Notes: generated by a model not told the origin, from the letters alone. Shown: positions 1 to 9,597, counted from the stretch's first letter. The stretch: DNA of 64,000 nucleotides from an uncultured Anaeromyxobacteraceae bacterium (GCA_964470365.1 CAYYCO010000004.1:15359-79358), one strand, 5' to 3'. Translations and numbers: made by a program.

Positions 1-413
1 GCCAGTGATTCGCCTTCCAGCAGGTCCATGACCATGAAGACATAACCGCCGTCCGATATGCCACCCTGGTGGACCGGGACCATGTTTTCCTGGGAGATGC
101 GCCTGGCGAGAGCGACTTCGTTCATCAGTGCATCGCGCCAGCAGTCCTGAACAGCCATGTCGGGATGCATTATCTTGATGGCGACGCGACGTTTCACCGC
201 CTTGTCGGCCGCGCTGAATATGCTGCAGACGCCGCCGTCGCCGATGAGCCCGGTCAGCAGGTACCGGAACCCGACGGTTTCCCCGACCAGCGGAATGCGG
301 TTCGCGAAGCGGATCAGCAGGCCCCCGTCGCGCGGACAGCAGGCCGGATCGTCGGCCGCGAACACATGCCGGCATTTTCTGCAGTAGAAGTAGATCGCGT
401 CCCCTCCCTGCAC
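1..413 (-). CDS. Ser/Thr protein kinase, N-terminal part (runs off window start), with N-terminal Cys zinc-ribbon-like segment
   Basis: Not in the ORF track (no stop inside the window). Manual minus-strand translation gives YFYCRKCRHVF..CCPRDGG..RYLLTGLIGDGGVCSIFSA..RRVAIKIMH..EVALARRISQENMVPVHQGG..YVFMVMDLLEGESLA (kinase subdomains I-V). The GTG at 413 is a tentative start. Confidence 0.75.
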   Translation of the reverse strand, partial: MQGGDAIYFYCRKCRHVFAADDPACCPRDGGLLIRFANRIPLVGETVGFRYLLTGLIGDGGVCSIFSAADKAVKRRVAIKIMHPDMAVQDCWRDALMNEVALARRISQENMVPVHQGGISDGGYVFMVMDLLEGESL

Positions 414-472
414 GGGACAATTCTGAAAAGATTTTAAGGGCGTTGGCGTTGGGCGGCCAAGAAGACGACCGG

Positions 473-1216
473 TTACTTCTGCAATTTCATCGGACGTCCG
501 CACATGGAACACGGCACGCGGCCGGTGGCGGTCTGCCGGGTGCGGGGAATCCTGACGCCGCAACGGTCGCAGACGAGGAACAGCTTCACGAACGACGTGC
601 CGCGTTCCTGGTTTGATCTTCCGGATCCCGGTTCCGGTCTGCCGCGGTCGTATCCGCGATCGTCGCGCCTGCCGGAATCCGCGGCCGGGGCAGGGGGCGT
701 TGTCGCGGAGGTTTCGGATGACCCCGCGTCCTGGGGCAGTATGGTCGGGATCATGTCGTCGTCTTCGGGAATCACTGCCGAATCGATGATTTCGCTGGAC
801 TGGCATTCGGCCGCGTCGCCCGCCGGCTTTTCGGGCGCCGGTTCGACGCATCCCAGTGCGGTCCGTACCGCCCACCGAACGTTCCGGGCGGCGTAAATCA
901 CGTCCTGCATCCGAACCGTCCTGCCGTCGCCAGAGCGTGACGGCGTCGTGAACTGTGCCAGCAGGGCCACCGGTTCGTCACAACCGGCAAGCGCGTCGAT
1001 GTCGCGGACGGTGTCGTGGACCTTCCTGATGTCCCACATCACGCCGGCAGGCCTGTCGGCGGCCTCGCACAGGGCGCGCAGGTACTTTTCCGCGGCCTGG
1101 GAAGCCGAGTACCTCGCCGCCGGGGCGCTGCGCCCGGCCAGCCGGGAGGCATCCGCAAGGTCGTCGTCGGCTTCTTCGAAAATCGCGTTCACTTCAACGC
1201 ACGTCAAGTCTTTCAT
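473..1216 (-). CDS. HEPN-domain protein with low-complexity linker and C-terminal zinc ribbon
   Basis: SQAAEKYLRA..KVHD resembles the HEPN QQAxEKxLKA..KTHDL pattern. C-terminal CDRC..CSMC. Start overlaps the rapZ stop. Confidence 0.6.
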   Translation of the reverse strand: MKDLTCVEVNAIFEEADDDLADASRLAGRSAPAARYSASQAAEKYLRALCEAADRPAGVMWDIRKVHDTVRDIDALAGCDEPVALLAQFTTPSRSGDGRTVRMQDVIYAARNVRWAVRTALGCVEPAPEKPAGDAAECQSSEIIDSAVIPEDDDMIPTILPQDAGSSETSATTPPAPAADSGRRDDRGYDRGRPEPGSGRSNQERGTSFVKLFLVCDRCGVRIPRTRQTATGRVPCSMCGRPMKLQK

Positions 1217-2130
1217 CGGGATTCCTCTTGCTTGTTGCCGCAGGCGCCGTTGAGCCCCGCGATCTGTTCCGCAACGTCAGGGTTCCTGTGCGCCAGTCTC
1301 ACCCTGAATCCGTGTCCGGCAAGTATTCCGGCCACCGTTTCGGCGACCGCGACCGACCGGTGACGTCCGCCGGTACAGCCGAAAGCGACAGTCACGATGG
1401 GCCGTGATTCCCTTTCGTGCAGCGGCAGACTGTATTCGAGCAGTCCGCAGACCCGGTCGATGAACGGCTGCCAGTCGGCGGTGTTTTTCAGATAGTCCAG
1501 AACTTCCGGGTGCGCGCCGGTCAGCGGACGCAGTCCGTCGACGAAGTGCGGGTTTTCAAGCCCGCGGCAGTCGAAGACGTACGATGCGTCGCGCGGCACG
1601 CCGTCCCTGAAGCCGAACGACACGACTTCCACGGCCATCCTGCTGGACGTCGACCTGTCGTACGCACGGACGATCAGCGCCGTAAGGTCATGGATGTTTA
1701 TGTCGGTCGTGTCGATCACCCAGTCCGCCATCTGCTTGATGTTGGACAGGATCGCGCGTTCCATCGCAGCGCCCTCGCGGACTGCGCCGGCAACCGATTC
1801 GAGCGGGTGCCTGCGCCGCGTTTCGGAATAGCGCCTGACGATGGCGTCGTCCGACGCCTCGAGGTAGATGATTTCAAGCCGGTGGCCCATGTCGCGGACC
1901 TTCGCCACCTCCGTCGGGAACACGTCCAGCATCGACCGTTCCCTGACATCGATGCCGATGCAGATCCTGGACACCTCGGCGCGGGTTTCGGCCAGGTACA
2001 GGACCTTTTCCAGCAGCGGAAGCGGCAGGTTGTCGACGCAGAAGAACCCGAGGTCCTCCATCGCCTTGATGACGGTTGTCTTGCCGGAACCGCTGAGCCC
2101 GGAGACGATGACTATCTGGCCCGAAACCAA
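1213..2130 (-). CDS. rapZ: RNase adapter RapZ (YvcJ family P-loop NTPase)
   Basis: SGLSGSGKT Walker A, GFFCVDNLP, RRYSETRRRHPL, SFGF, FDCRGLENP, FGCTGGRHRSV. TTG start at 2130 follows a GGGGGA SD. Confidence 0.92.
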   Translation of the reverse strand: MVSGQIVIVSGLSGSGKTTVIKAMEDLGFFCVDNLPLPLLEKVLYLAETRAEVSRICIGIDVRERSMLDVFPTEVAKVRDMGHRLEIIYLEASDDAIVRRYSETRRRHPLESVAGAVREGAAMERAILSNIKQMADWVIDTTDINIHDLTALIVRAYDRSTSSRMAVEVVSFGFRDGVPRDASYVFDCRGLENPHFVDGLRPLTGAHPEVLDYLKNTADWQPFIDRVCGLLEYSLPLHERESRPIVTVAFGCTGGRHRSVAVAETVAGILAGHGFRVRLAHRNPDVAEQIAGLNGACGNKQEESR

Positions 2131-2146
2131 AGTACAGGATCCCCCG

Positions 2147-2446
2147 TCAGTGATGGCGCTTGTCCACCAGGATTTCGCGGTGCCGGGCGCACTGGCGTTC
2201 AACCTTTTCGATGACCGTGTCGAGGATCGGGTAGATGTCCGTGGCCTTTTCGGAAGCCTTGAAGGTTTCGCCCTTGTACTGAATCATCAGGTCGAATATG
2301 GCCCACGCCTTTTCCATTTCAAGGGTGACCTTGACGTCGGCATCGGCGGGAAGGTACTGGCCAAGATGCTTTTCAATCTTCGATTCGATCAATTCGCGGA
2401 GGGCGTCGGAGGCATTGAACTGGCGAAGGGTGTAGTTGACCTTCAT
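2147..2446 (-). CDS. hpf: Ribosome hibernation promoting factor (short HPF/RaiA)
   Basis: MKVNYTLRQFNASDALRELIESKIEK..DIYPILDTVIEKVERQ. CAGGAG SD. Canonical position after rpoN. Confidence 0.85.
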   Translation of the reverse strand: MKVNYTLRQFNASDALRELIESKIEKHLGQYLPADADVKVTLEMEKAWAIFDLMIQYKGETFKASEKATDIYPILDTVIEKVERQCARHREILVDKRHH

Positions 2447-2529
2447 TTTCGACTCCTGTTGGCGGAAGCGCACGGGCCGCCGCCGCACTGGAAATGTCAA
2501 AACCCGGCGGACGACGCCCGCCGGAGTTC

Positions 2530-4080
2530 CTACGTAAGTTCCTTTCGGCGCGAGGAAGGCGCGATCCCCAGGGACTCGCGGTATTTCGCGACGGTCCGCC
2601 TGGCGATAAGCATCCCCTCGCCCTCCAGTATTTTCACTATTTCCTGATCAGACAAGGGTTTGTTCGGTGTTTCCCCGTCAATCAGGGCTTTTATCCGGGT
2701 CTTGACGCTGATCGAGGAGTGGTCCTCGACGCCCCAGGCCGCGGTAATCCTGCTGTTAAAGAAATATTTCAGTTCGAAGATGCCGCGGGGCGTGTGCACG
2801 TATTTGTTGGAAGTGACCCGGCTGATGGTCGATTCGTGCAGTCCCACGTCTTCAGCGACTTCGCGCAGCACCAGCGGCTTGAGGTGCTCGACGCCCCGAT
2901 CCAGGAAATCGCGCTGGAATTTCATGATGCTTTCGGTAACCCGGCGAATCGTGGACTGGCGCTGGTTTATGGATTTGATCAGCCATGTCGCGGCGCGCAG
3001 CTTGTCCTTCACGAATTCGCGGGCCTCGCCCTGGGCGGTACGGGACAGCGTTTTTTCGTAGAACTGGCTGATTTTCAGGCGTGGAAGGCCGTCGTCGTTG
3101 ACGATAACCATGTATTCGTCACCGACCTTGATCACGTAAACGTCAGGCTGGATATAAACGACGTCGTCGCTCGAATACTGGCGGCCTGGCCGCGGTTCGA
3201 GCGCCTGCAGGGCGGCAATCAGTTGCTTGACGTCGTCGAGTCCCGTCTTCAGGCCCCTTGCAATCGCGGCGAAATTCCGTCTTTCCAGGTCCGGAAGATG
3301 GTTTGTGATGAGGCGACGGAGCATTCCAAGACGGTGAAGTCCATCACGGAGGACATCCTCGTCCATTTCGCCGTTTTCCCTGGCCTGGAGCAGGTTTCTT
3401 TCCTGATCCCTGCATTGCGCGAGAAGGCATTCCTGGAGCGTGCGCGACCCCACGCCGACAGGATCGAATTCCCTGATGCAGTCGAGGACCTCGCGGACGT
3501 GATCCACGGTGGCCCCCGTGGCGCCGGCGATCTCTTCGTCGGTGACGTCTTCCAGGTAGCCGTCGTCGTTGATATTGCCGATGATGTATTCGCCGATTTC
3601 CCTGGATCTGGGCGGCAGGTCCGACAGGTTGAGCTGCCATGCAAGGTGGGTCGCGAGTGAACCCTTGTTGCCGATCGTCGCTTCGACTGTCGGGTATTCG
3701 TCGTTGGTGACGCGGACCTGTGGTCCGTGTGAAAAGGCGGAATACCCTTCCACGAATTTTTCCCAGTCGATGCCCTCGTCGCGGGTCATTGAACTGGATT
3801 CTGCAGCCGCAAGGACGTCGTCGGGATCGCGGGCCGGCGGCTCCGCAGGTTCGGGCCTGGCCTCGGCCGCCTCTCCGCCCTCCCTGGCCAGGTCGTCCAG
3901 CGACAGCGTGCCGGCCGGCTCTTCGGTTTCCTCCAGGGCGGGATTGGCGTCGAGCTGCTGCCTGATTTCATCGACCAGTTCAAGTCGGGAGAGCTGCAAA
4001 AGCTTTATGGCGACCTGGATTTCGGGTGTGATGATGAGCCGCTGCTGAAGCTTTGTTGCGAGCTCCTGGCGGATATCCAT
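2530..4080 (-). CDS. rpoN: RNA polymerase sigma-54 factor
   Basis: Gln/Leu-rich region I, HESTISRVTSNKY helix-turn-helix, RpoN box ARRTVAKYRE. Confidence 0.97.
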   Translation of the reverse strand: MDIRQELATKLQQRLIITPEIQVAIKLLQLSRLELVDEIRQQLDANPALEETEEPAGTLSLDDLAREGGEAAEARPEPAEPPARDPDDVLAAAESSSMTRDEGIDWEKFVEGYSAFSHGPQVRVTNDEYPTVEATIGNKGSLATHLAWQLNLSDLPPRSREIGEYIIGNINDDGYLEDVTDEEIAGATGATVDHVREVLDCIREFDPVGVGSRTLQECLLAQCRDQERNLLQARENGEMDEDVLRDGLHRLGMLRRLITNHLPDLERRNFAAIARGLKTGLDDVKQLIAALQALEPRPGRQYSSDDVVYIQPDVYVIKVGDEYMVIVNDDGLPRLKISQFYEKTLSRTAQGEAREFVKDKLRAATWLIKSINQRQSTIRRVTESIMKFQRDFLDRGVEHLKPLVLREVAEDVGLHESTISRVTSNKYVHTPRGIFELKYFFNSRITAAWGVEDHSSISVKTRIKALIDGETPNKPLSDQEIVKILEGEGMLIARRTVAKYRESLGIAPSSRRKELT

Positions 4081-4136
4081 GAGTGTTCACCACACCTTGA
4101 ACCCGGGACGGCGATGCGTGCAGACCCCGGGAACAC

Positions 4137-4152
4137 TGCAAACCATGTGCCA
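4137..4152 (-). promoter_or_regulatory. Sigma-54 -24/-12 element facing rpoN
   Basis: Minus strand reads TGGCACATGGTTTGCA = TGGCAC-N5-TTGCA with exact GG-N10-GC spacing, 57 nt upstream of the rpoN ATG. Confidence 0.75.
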
Positions 4153-4349
4153 TTATTCGGCCGCCAGCGTCATTATGACTCAAATTTCTTGAAAACGGGT
4201 ACAAAGGAGTGCGCGGGTTGTAATGGATCGGTCCCCGGGCTAGAATGCGGACATCCGCGACGGACGCGGCCTGGCTGTGAAAACGGTGTGATTTCGGGAT
4301 GCCCGGCCTCAACAATGCCTCAAATGGTTTTTCTTCCGGTTCGATTGAC

Positions 4350-5405
4350 ATGGCCGATCTGGAGGCGGTGCGCCTCATACTCAACGGCGGTTCGGTCGTC
4401 GACTGGCATCGCCTGAACCTCAACGGCAGGGACGAGGTCGACCGTTTCCTGCTCGTCAACGGGTTCGACGTTCTGGATCCCGACGATGAATCGAGACTCA
4501 GGCATCTTCTGAAGGTGTCGGTCGAGTATCTCGAGGCAAATTTCCACCACCACTTTCCGGAATCGCTCAAACAGCCGGAATCAATCCAGGACCTGCTTCT
4601 CGTCGCTTCGGGGGCCTCGGAATACCAGAAGCTGGCCTGCGTGATCCTGAAGGTCATGCACGTCGTCAATTACGTCGAGGCGCAGCAGCTTCGTTTCCGC
4701 CTGTCCGTTTCGGAGGACCAGCTCTTCCAGATGGCGGTCGCCAGGGTCGATCAGACGATTGCCGCGATGCGCGCGGGCGGGGCGCCGATCCGTCAGTACG
4801 CCGCGAACCGCAAGGCGCGCGATTCCCTGATCACGAAACTTCTGTCGAAGAAGACGAATTTCGCGGCACAGGTATACGATCGCCTGCGGTTCAGGATCAT
4901 CACCAGGGAGGCCCGCGACGTGGTCGCGGTCCTTTCATTCCTGAAGGACAACCTCTTTCCGTACAACTATATCGTGCCGGGGCAGTCCCGAAACCAGATC
5001 GTGTCCACGCCGGATCTTCTGGAAACGATGCCCGGGCTGGTCGAACGCGACCCGGGGATTGTAACCAGGTTTTTCTACGAGGACGCGGAGGAACAGGAAG
5101 TCGAGGCGAACGCCTTTTCCGGCGCCAGTTTCAAGATGATCAACTTCGTTGCCGAACTGCCGATCAAGGTTCGGGAAATGATTCCGAAGGGCGACCCGGT
5201 CGCTGCCGAACTGGGCTGCCTGGTATATATCCAGATCGAATTCCAGTTTTTCGACGAGGAAACCTGGCGCGGAAACGAGGTCGGCGAAAACAACCACGAA
5301 CGATACAAGGATCGCCAGAACTGGGAGGTAATCCGTCGCCTCGTGCACGGAAACCGCTACGGAATGGCGGACGATGCCGGCTGGGAGGGCAAGACCCGCT
5401 GGTGA
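4350..5405 (+). CDS. TIGR04552-like protein with RelA/SpoT synthetase-like motifs
   Basis: N-terminus DLEAVRLILNGGSVVDWHRL matches my recollection of the TIGR04552 family. Internal KARDSLITK, VYDRLRFRII, IEFQ and NHERYK motifs. Confidence 0.65.
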   Translation: MADLEAVRLILNGGSVVDWHRLNLNGRDEVDRFLLVNGFDVLDPDDESRLRHLLKVSVEYLEANFHHHFPESLKQPESIQDLLLVASGASEYQKLACVILKVMHVVNYVEAQQLRFRLSVSEDQLFQMAVARVDQTIAAMRAGGAPIRQYAANRKARDSLITKLLSKKTNFAAQVYDRLRFRIITREARDVVAVLSFLKDNLFPYNYIVPGQSRNQIVSTPDLLETMPGLVERDPGIVTRFFYEDAEEQEVEANAFSGASFKMINFVAELPIKVREMIPKGDPVAAELGCLVYIQIEFQFFDEETWRGNEVGENNHERYKDRQNWEVIRRLVHGNRYGMADDAGWEGKTRW

Positions 5406-5425
5406 TTCGGTTCCGCGGCCGCAAA

Positions 5426-6235
5426 TCAGATTGAATTCAGTCGTTCAAGTGCCTGCGCGGCCGTCGGCCGATCGGCCGCGTCCGGGGCAAGCATATCGCC
5501 GATGAGGCCGCGCAAAGCGGCCGATGCGGCTTCCGGCGGCGGCAGACAGTCGTCGACGCGCAGGCCGCGGCGGAGCTCGAGCACCGCGTTGGGCGTCATG
5601 GCGGATTTCCACGTGACCCGGCCGCCGAAACCGGTCGCCATCGTCATCGCCAGCGCCCATACGTCGGAAGCCTGAACGGGTGGCCTCCCGGCAAGGACTT
5701 CGTCCGGAAGATACGGAAGGGTTCCGAATATTACGCCGGTTTTCTGCGACACCGGCACCCCGGACGGCGCACCGCGAACGTCGACCAGCGTCATACTGGC
5801 GTCGGCGCCTGTGCCGTCGATCACTGCGTTCGCCGGTGAAATATCGCCGTGCAGCAGGGGGGCCCCATGGCAGTCTTCGTGAAGGTATTTCAGCGCGGAC
5901 AGGCCGTCGGCAAGCATCGCCGGAAGTCCGGCCGGGGAGGGTGGCGTCATGCCGTGATCGCCGGTCAGGCGGCGCAGCGAGTTGCCTGGCACGAAGTCGG
6001 AAACCTGGACCTGTGTGCCTTCCGGGTCGACGCCGGCCCAGATCAGGCGCTGCAGTCTGGGATGGCTGATACGGAACAGCCGGGCGGCGTCCGGCACGAT
6101 TCCGGCGTCCGGTTCCAGCGCGGGACCGAAGAAGCGCCTGACGACCACCGGATGGTCGCCAATCCCTGCCAGCCACACCTCGACGCCAAAACCGAATGAA
6201 AGCGGGCGGACGAACCTGATGCCCGAAAGAATCAT
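5426..6235 (-). CDS. Protein kinase-like protein (possible pseudokinase)
   Basis: HGDISPAN catalytic loop, GTLPYL, SDVWALA, RPTA. The beta3 Lys position reads VVVRR and DFG reads DVR. Confidence 0.7.
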   Translation of the reverse strand: MILSGIRFVRPLSFGFGVEVWLAGIGDHPVVVRRFFGPALEPDAGIVPDAARLFRISHPRLQRLIWAGVDPEGTQVQVSDFVPGNSLRRLTGDHGMTPPSPAGLPAMLADGLSALKYLHEDCHGAPLLHGDISPANAVIDGTGADASMTLVDVRGAPSGVPVSQKTGVIFGTLPYLPDEVLAGRPPVQASDVWALAMTMATGFGGRVTWKSAMTPNAVLELRRGLRVDDCLPPPEAASAALRGLIGDMLAPDAADRPTAAQALERLNSI

Positions 6236-7293
6236 CGGGGCCCGTCCCGAAGCTGTTCGTAGAGCCTTTTTTCCGCCCTGGACAAAGTCATCGGGATTTT
6301 GATCTTGACCTGAACCCAGAGGTCGCCTCGGCCGCGGGCCTGGAGGCGGGGCATTCCCTTGCCCCGCACCTGCACCATTTCGTCGGGCTGTGCGCCTGCG
6401 GGAATCTCGACGTCCACGTCGTCGCCGAGGATGTCCTTGACGGTGATCTTTCTGCCCAGGACGGCGTCGAGCACGTCGACCTCAAGATCGAACGACAGGT
6501 CGTCGTCGACACGGCGGAATTTTTTGTGGTCGGCGACCTCGACGACCACATACAGGTCGCCTGACGCAGCGCCCATTGTGCCCGGGGCGCCGGCGCCGCC
6601 GACACGGATCGAGTTCCCGGAATCGATGCCGGCGGGAATCTTGATTTTGTAGACCTTTTCGGCCATTACACGGCCGGCGCCGCGGCACTTGTCACACTTT
6701 TCGCGGATGACCCGGCCGGTCCCGCCGCACGCGCTGCATGTCGCCGTAATCGAAAAGATTCCCTGGCTGTGGGCCACCCGGCCACGCCCGCCACAGGTCC
6801 GGCAGGTTTCCGGAGATGTTCCCGCCTTCGCGCCTGAACCGCTGCACGCGTCGCAGGTTTCGTCCTTGCGGAGCCGCAGTTCCTTTTCGACGCCCGTCGC
6901 AGCTTCTTCCAGGCTGATTGTCTGCCCGATCTGCTGGTCCCGGCCACGCGAAGGTCCGCCCCTGGAGCGGCCGCCGAAGATGTCCCCGAAACCGCCGCCG
7001 AACGCGCCACCGAACATGTCCATGAAGGAGGAGAAGATGTCCTCGGGGTGGAAATCGTATCCGCGTCCCTTGAGACCGGCCACGCCGTACTGGTCGTAAA
7101 CCTGGCGCTTCGCCGGGTCGGAAAGGACGTCGTACGCCTCGGCCAGCTGCTTGAATTTTTCTTCGGCCTCGGGGTTGTCGGGGTTGCGATCCGGATGGTA
7201 CTGGACGGCCAGTTTCCGGTAAGCCTTCTTTATCTCGGTAGCGTCGGCATCGCGTCCGACCCCGAGTACGCTGTAGTAGTCGGTCTCGCCCAT
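6232..7293 (-). CDS. dnaJ: Chaperone DnaJ (class A)
   Basis: [11 protein letters not shown] motif, G/F-rich region, four CxxCxGxG repeats, GDL C-terminal motifs. Start refined to MGETDYY. Confidence 0.95.
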   Translation of the reverse strand: MGETDYYSVLGVGRDADATEIKKAYRKLAVQYHPDRNPDNPEAEEKFKQLAEAYDVLSDPAKRQVYDQYGVAGLKGRGYDFHPEDIFSSFMDMFGGAFGGGFGDIFGGRSRGGPSRGRDQQIGQTISLEEAATGVEKELRLRKDETCDACSGSGAKAGTSPETCRTCGGRGRVAHSQGIFSITATCSACGGTGRVIREKCDKCRGAGRVMAEKVYKIKIPAGIDSGNSIRVGGAGAPGTMGAASGDLYVVVEVADHKKFRRVDDDLSFDLEVDVLDAVLGRKITVKDILGDDVDVEIPAGAQPDEMVQVRGKGMPRLQARGRGDLWVQVKIKIPMTLSRAEKRLYEQLRDGPR

Positions 7294-7446
7294 GGCGTGT
7301 GTAATAAAGGCCATCAGGGGGTCTGTTGTCAATCCCGAATCAGGGGCGCAGCGGCGGAATTTTTCTGTGTAGGGCTCGGCGTCGGACCATCTGGTGTATA
7401 ATTGCGCGTCTTTCATGAGGGCGGGCGTCCGCGGCCCGGATCGGTG

Positions 7447-8865
7447 ATGGTTTTCCGCACTGCAAACGCGACTGCGGCCGGTGTCCTGCTGGCCTGCATT
7501 TTTGCCGCGATGCCCGCGGCGGCCCAGGATATACCGCTGACCCTGGACGACGCCGTCGCGGCCGCGATTGAACATTCCCCGAAAATCGCGATTGCCGGAA
7601 TCGCCGTCGAAAAGGCGGCCGACGTCCGCAAGGGGGCGATCGGGCCAATGGTTCCCAACGTGTCGCTGGACGCCGGAATCCAGTACTGGGACGACGCGAC
7701 CAGGATCGATTTCCTTGGCTCCGACATGCCTTCGGATGAAGAACTGTCGGCCGCGATCGAACCGATCGCCGTGCTCCTTCCCGAAGAATCAAAGGCGACA
7801 TTCGGAAAGCTGCTGACCGGTTTTTCCAAGATGCGGGATTACCAGGTCGTGGACCAGTTGACCGCGAAGGTGACCCTGCAGGTCGTGCAGCCCCTGACAC
7901 CGCTGATTTCCCTGGCTTCGCTGTACAGGGTGTACGGCGCCGCGGAGGAGGCTGCCCGCCTGGAAGTCGTGGCAGCCCGCAGCGACATGACGTTCGAGGT
8001 CTCCCAGCTGTTCTTCCAGCTGATGTCGGCATTGCGCATGACGGATGTGGCGGCCCAGGGCGTCGAAACCGTCCAGGCCCACCTGAAGATGGCCCAGTCG
8101 TTCCTCAAGGCTGAAATGGTCGGCAGGGATGACGTGCTGCGCGCCGAAACCGCGCTGGCGCAGATAACCGCGCAGTACGATCAGGCACGTCATGGCGTCG
8201 AACTGGCGCGCGCCGCCCTGAACACGATGATGGGGCGTGACCCGGACGATCGGATCGTGCCCGTCGGCGATTTTCCGGACGACCCGCCCGAACTGGATAT
8301 CGACGTCGAAGACGCCGTGTCCCGCGCCATCGATGCCCGCCCCGAGGTCGCGAAGATTCGCACCCAGGAAGAAATGGCGGACGCCGGCAGGGTCGCACGG
8401 CTCGGTCAGCTCGTTCCCGTGATTGCAGGTGTTTTCAGGTACGAATGGTTCCACGGCAGTGAATTCCAGCGCGAAAATTCGCTGTTCGTCGGTGCCGTCC
8501 TGCAATGGGACTTCTGGGCCATGGGACAGAAATGGTTTGAAATGAAGGCGGCGGAAAAGGACCTTCAGATGGCCCGGGTCGGCCTGGACATGGCGCGCGA
8601 ACTGATCGGCCTCGATGTCCGCAAGGCGATGATCGACCTGCGATCCGCCAGGTCCCAGATCACGTCGTACCGCAAGGCGGTCGAGTCGGCCGAAGAAAAC
8701 CTGAGGGTCGTCGAAAAGAAATACGAGGCGGCATCCGCGACTTCCGTCGAGGTGCTGACGGCCCAGTCGTCGTTGAACCTGGCCCGCGGCAATCTCGCCG
8801 TCGCGGTCAACAGTTACTACATCGCATACGCCAACCTGCAGCGCGCCCTGGCCGGATCTCTCTGA
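7447..8865 (+). CDS. TolC-family outer membrane efflux protein
   Basis: Signal peptide, [15 protein letters not shown], duplicated helical repeats, [15 protein letters not shown], terminal LQRALAG. TATAAT at 7397-7402 upstream. Confidence 0.85.
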   Translation: MVFRTANATAAGVLLACIFAAMPAAAQDIPLTLDDAVAAAIEHSPKIAIAGIAVEKAADVRKGAIGPMVPNVSLDAGIQYWDDATRIDFLGSDMPSDEELSAAIEPIAVLLPEESKATFGKLLTGFSKMRDYQVVDQLTAKVTLQVVQPLTPLISLASLYRVYGAAEEAARLEVVAARSDMTFEVSQLFFQLMSALRMTDVAAQGVETVQAHLKMAQSFLKAEMVGRDDVLRAETALAQITAQYDQARHGVELARAALNTMMGRDPDDRIVPVGDFPDDPPELDIDVEDAVSRAIDARPEVAKIRTQEEMADAGRVARLGQLVPVIAGVFRYEWFHGSEFQRENSLFVGAVLQWDFWAMGQKWFEMKAAEKDLQMARVGLDMARELIGLDVRKAMIDLRSARSQITSYRKAVESAEENLRVVEKKYEAASATSVEVLTAQSSLNLARGNLAVAVNSYYIAYANLQRALAGSL

Positions 8866-9052
8866 CGTCGCGCCAGGGGACTTGACAACCCGAACCTGTG
8901 GACAAATTGTTAATCCAGGTCGCGGGGGTGGCGCAAGTCCCCGTGGTGATGCGGTAATCCCCCCCGCCGACCGTGAAATACAACTATCTTGAATCGATGG
9001 CGTGGCCCGTGCGTGGACGCCATCGGTGCGCCCATGGCGCGGGAGGCAGATC

Positions 9053-9508
9053 ATGGCTATTCAGAAATGGGATCCGTTCTACGAAATCGACAGGCTTCAC
9101 GAGGAAATGGACAAGGTCTTCAACGGTGGCTGGCCGGTTCGCCGCAGCGCTTCCGCGCCTTCCTGCGTGTGCCCCGTGGACATCCGGGAAACCACGAAGG
9201 AAGTGGAAATCCAGGTCGAACTGCCCGGAATCGATCCGGCGGCGGTCGACATCAAGGTCGAGGACGGCGTCCTCACCATCAGCGGCGAAAAGAAGTTCGA
9301 AGGCGCAGCGGAACCGAAGAAGGACGACCCGCAATACCTGAGGGTCGAACGTTACTACGGTCAGTTCAGCCGGTCTTTCGTCGTGCCGAGGTATGTGGAT
9401 GCGACAGCGGTTACGGCAGAATACGCCGCCGGCATCCTGACGCTGAAGCTGCCGAAGCGCGAGGAAACCAAGCCCCGGAAGATCGAGGTCAAGATCAACA
9501 CCCCGTGA
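9053..9508 (+). CDS. Hsp20/alpha-crystallin small heat shock protein
   Basis: WDPF N-terminus, VDIRET..ELPGID..DGVLTISGEK, ERYYGQFSRSF, AEYAAGILTLKLPK, IEV tail. GGGAGG SD. Confidence 0.93.
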   Translation: MAIQKWDPFYEIDRLHEEMDKVFNGGWPVRRSASAPSCVCPVDIRETTKEVEIQVELPGIDPAAVDIKVEDGVLTISGEKKFEGAAEPKKDDPQYLRVERYYGQFSRSFVVPRYVDATAVTAEYAAGILTLKLPKREETKPRKIEVKINTP

Positions 9509-9597
9509 CCCCAGGGCAGAGCCGATGGTGAGGCAAAAGGGGGCGGATGCCGCGGCTGTTCTGGAAACGGTTTTCCAAAACGGTTAACATTCGCCCC

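Noticed and set aside
69-437. Plus-strand 122-aa ORF at the window start
   Set aside because: It is the antisense shadow of the minus-strand kinase that runs off the window.
2494-3660. Long plus-strand ORF (388 aa) and similar long ORFs such as 7789-9054, 12827-14323, 18319-19485, 41168-42520 and 49534-50784
   Set aside because: They lie antisense to well-supported genes and have no recognisable motifs. They are shadow ORFs expected from high-GC codon bias.
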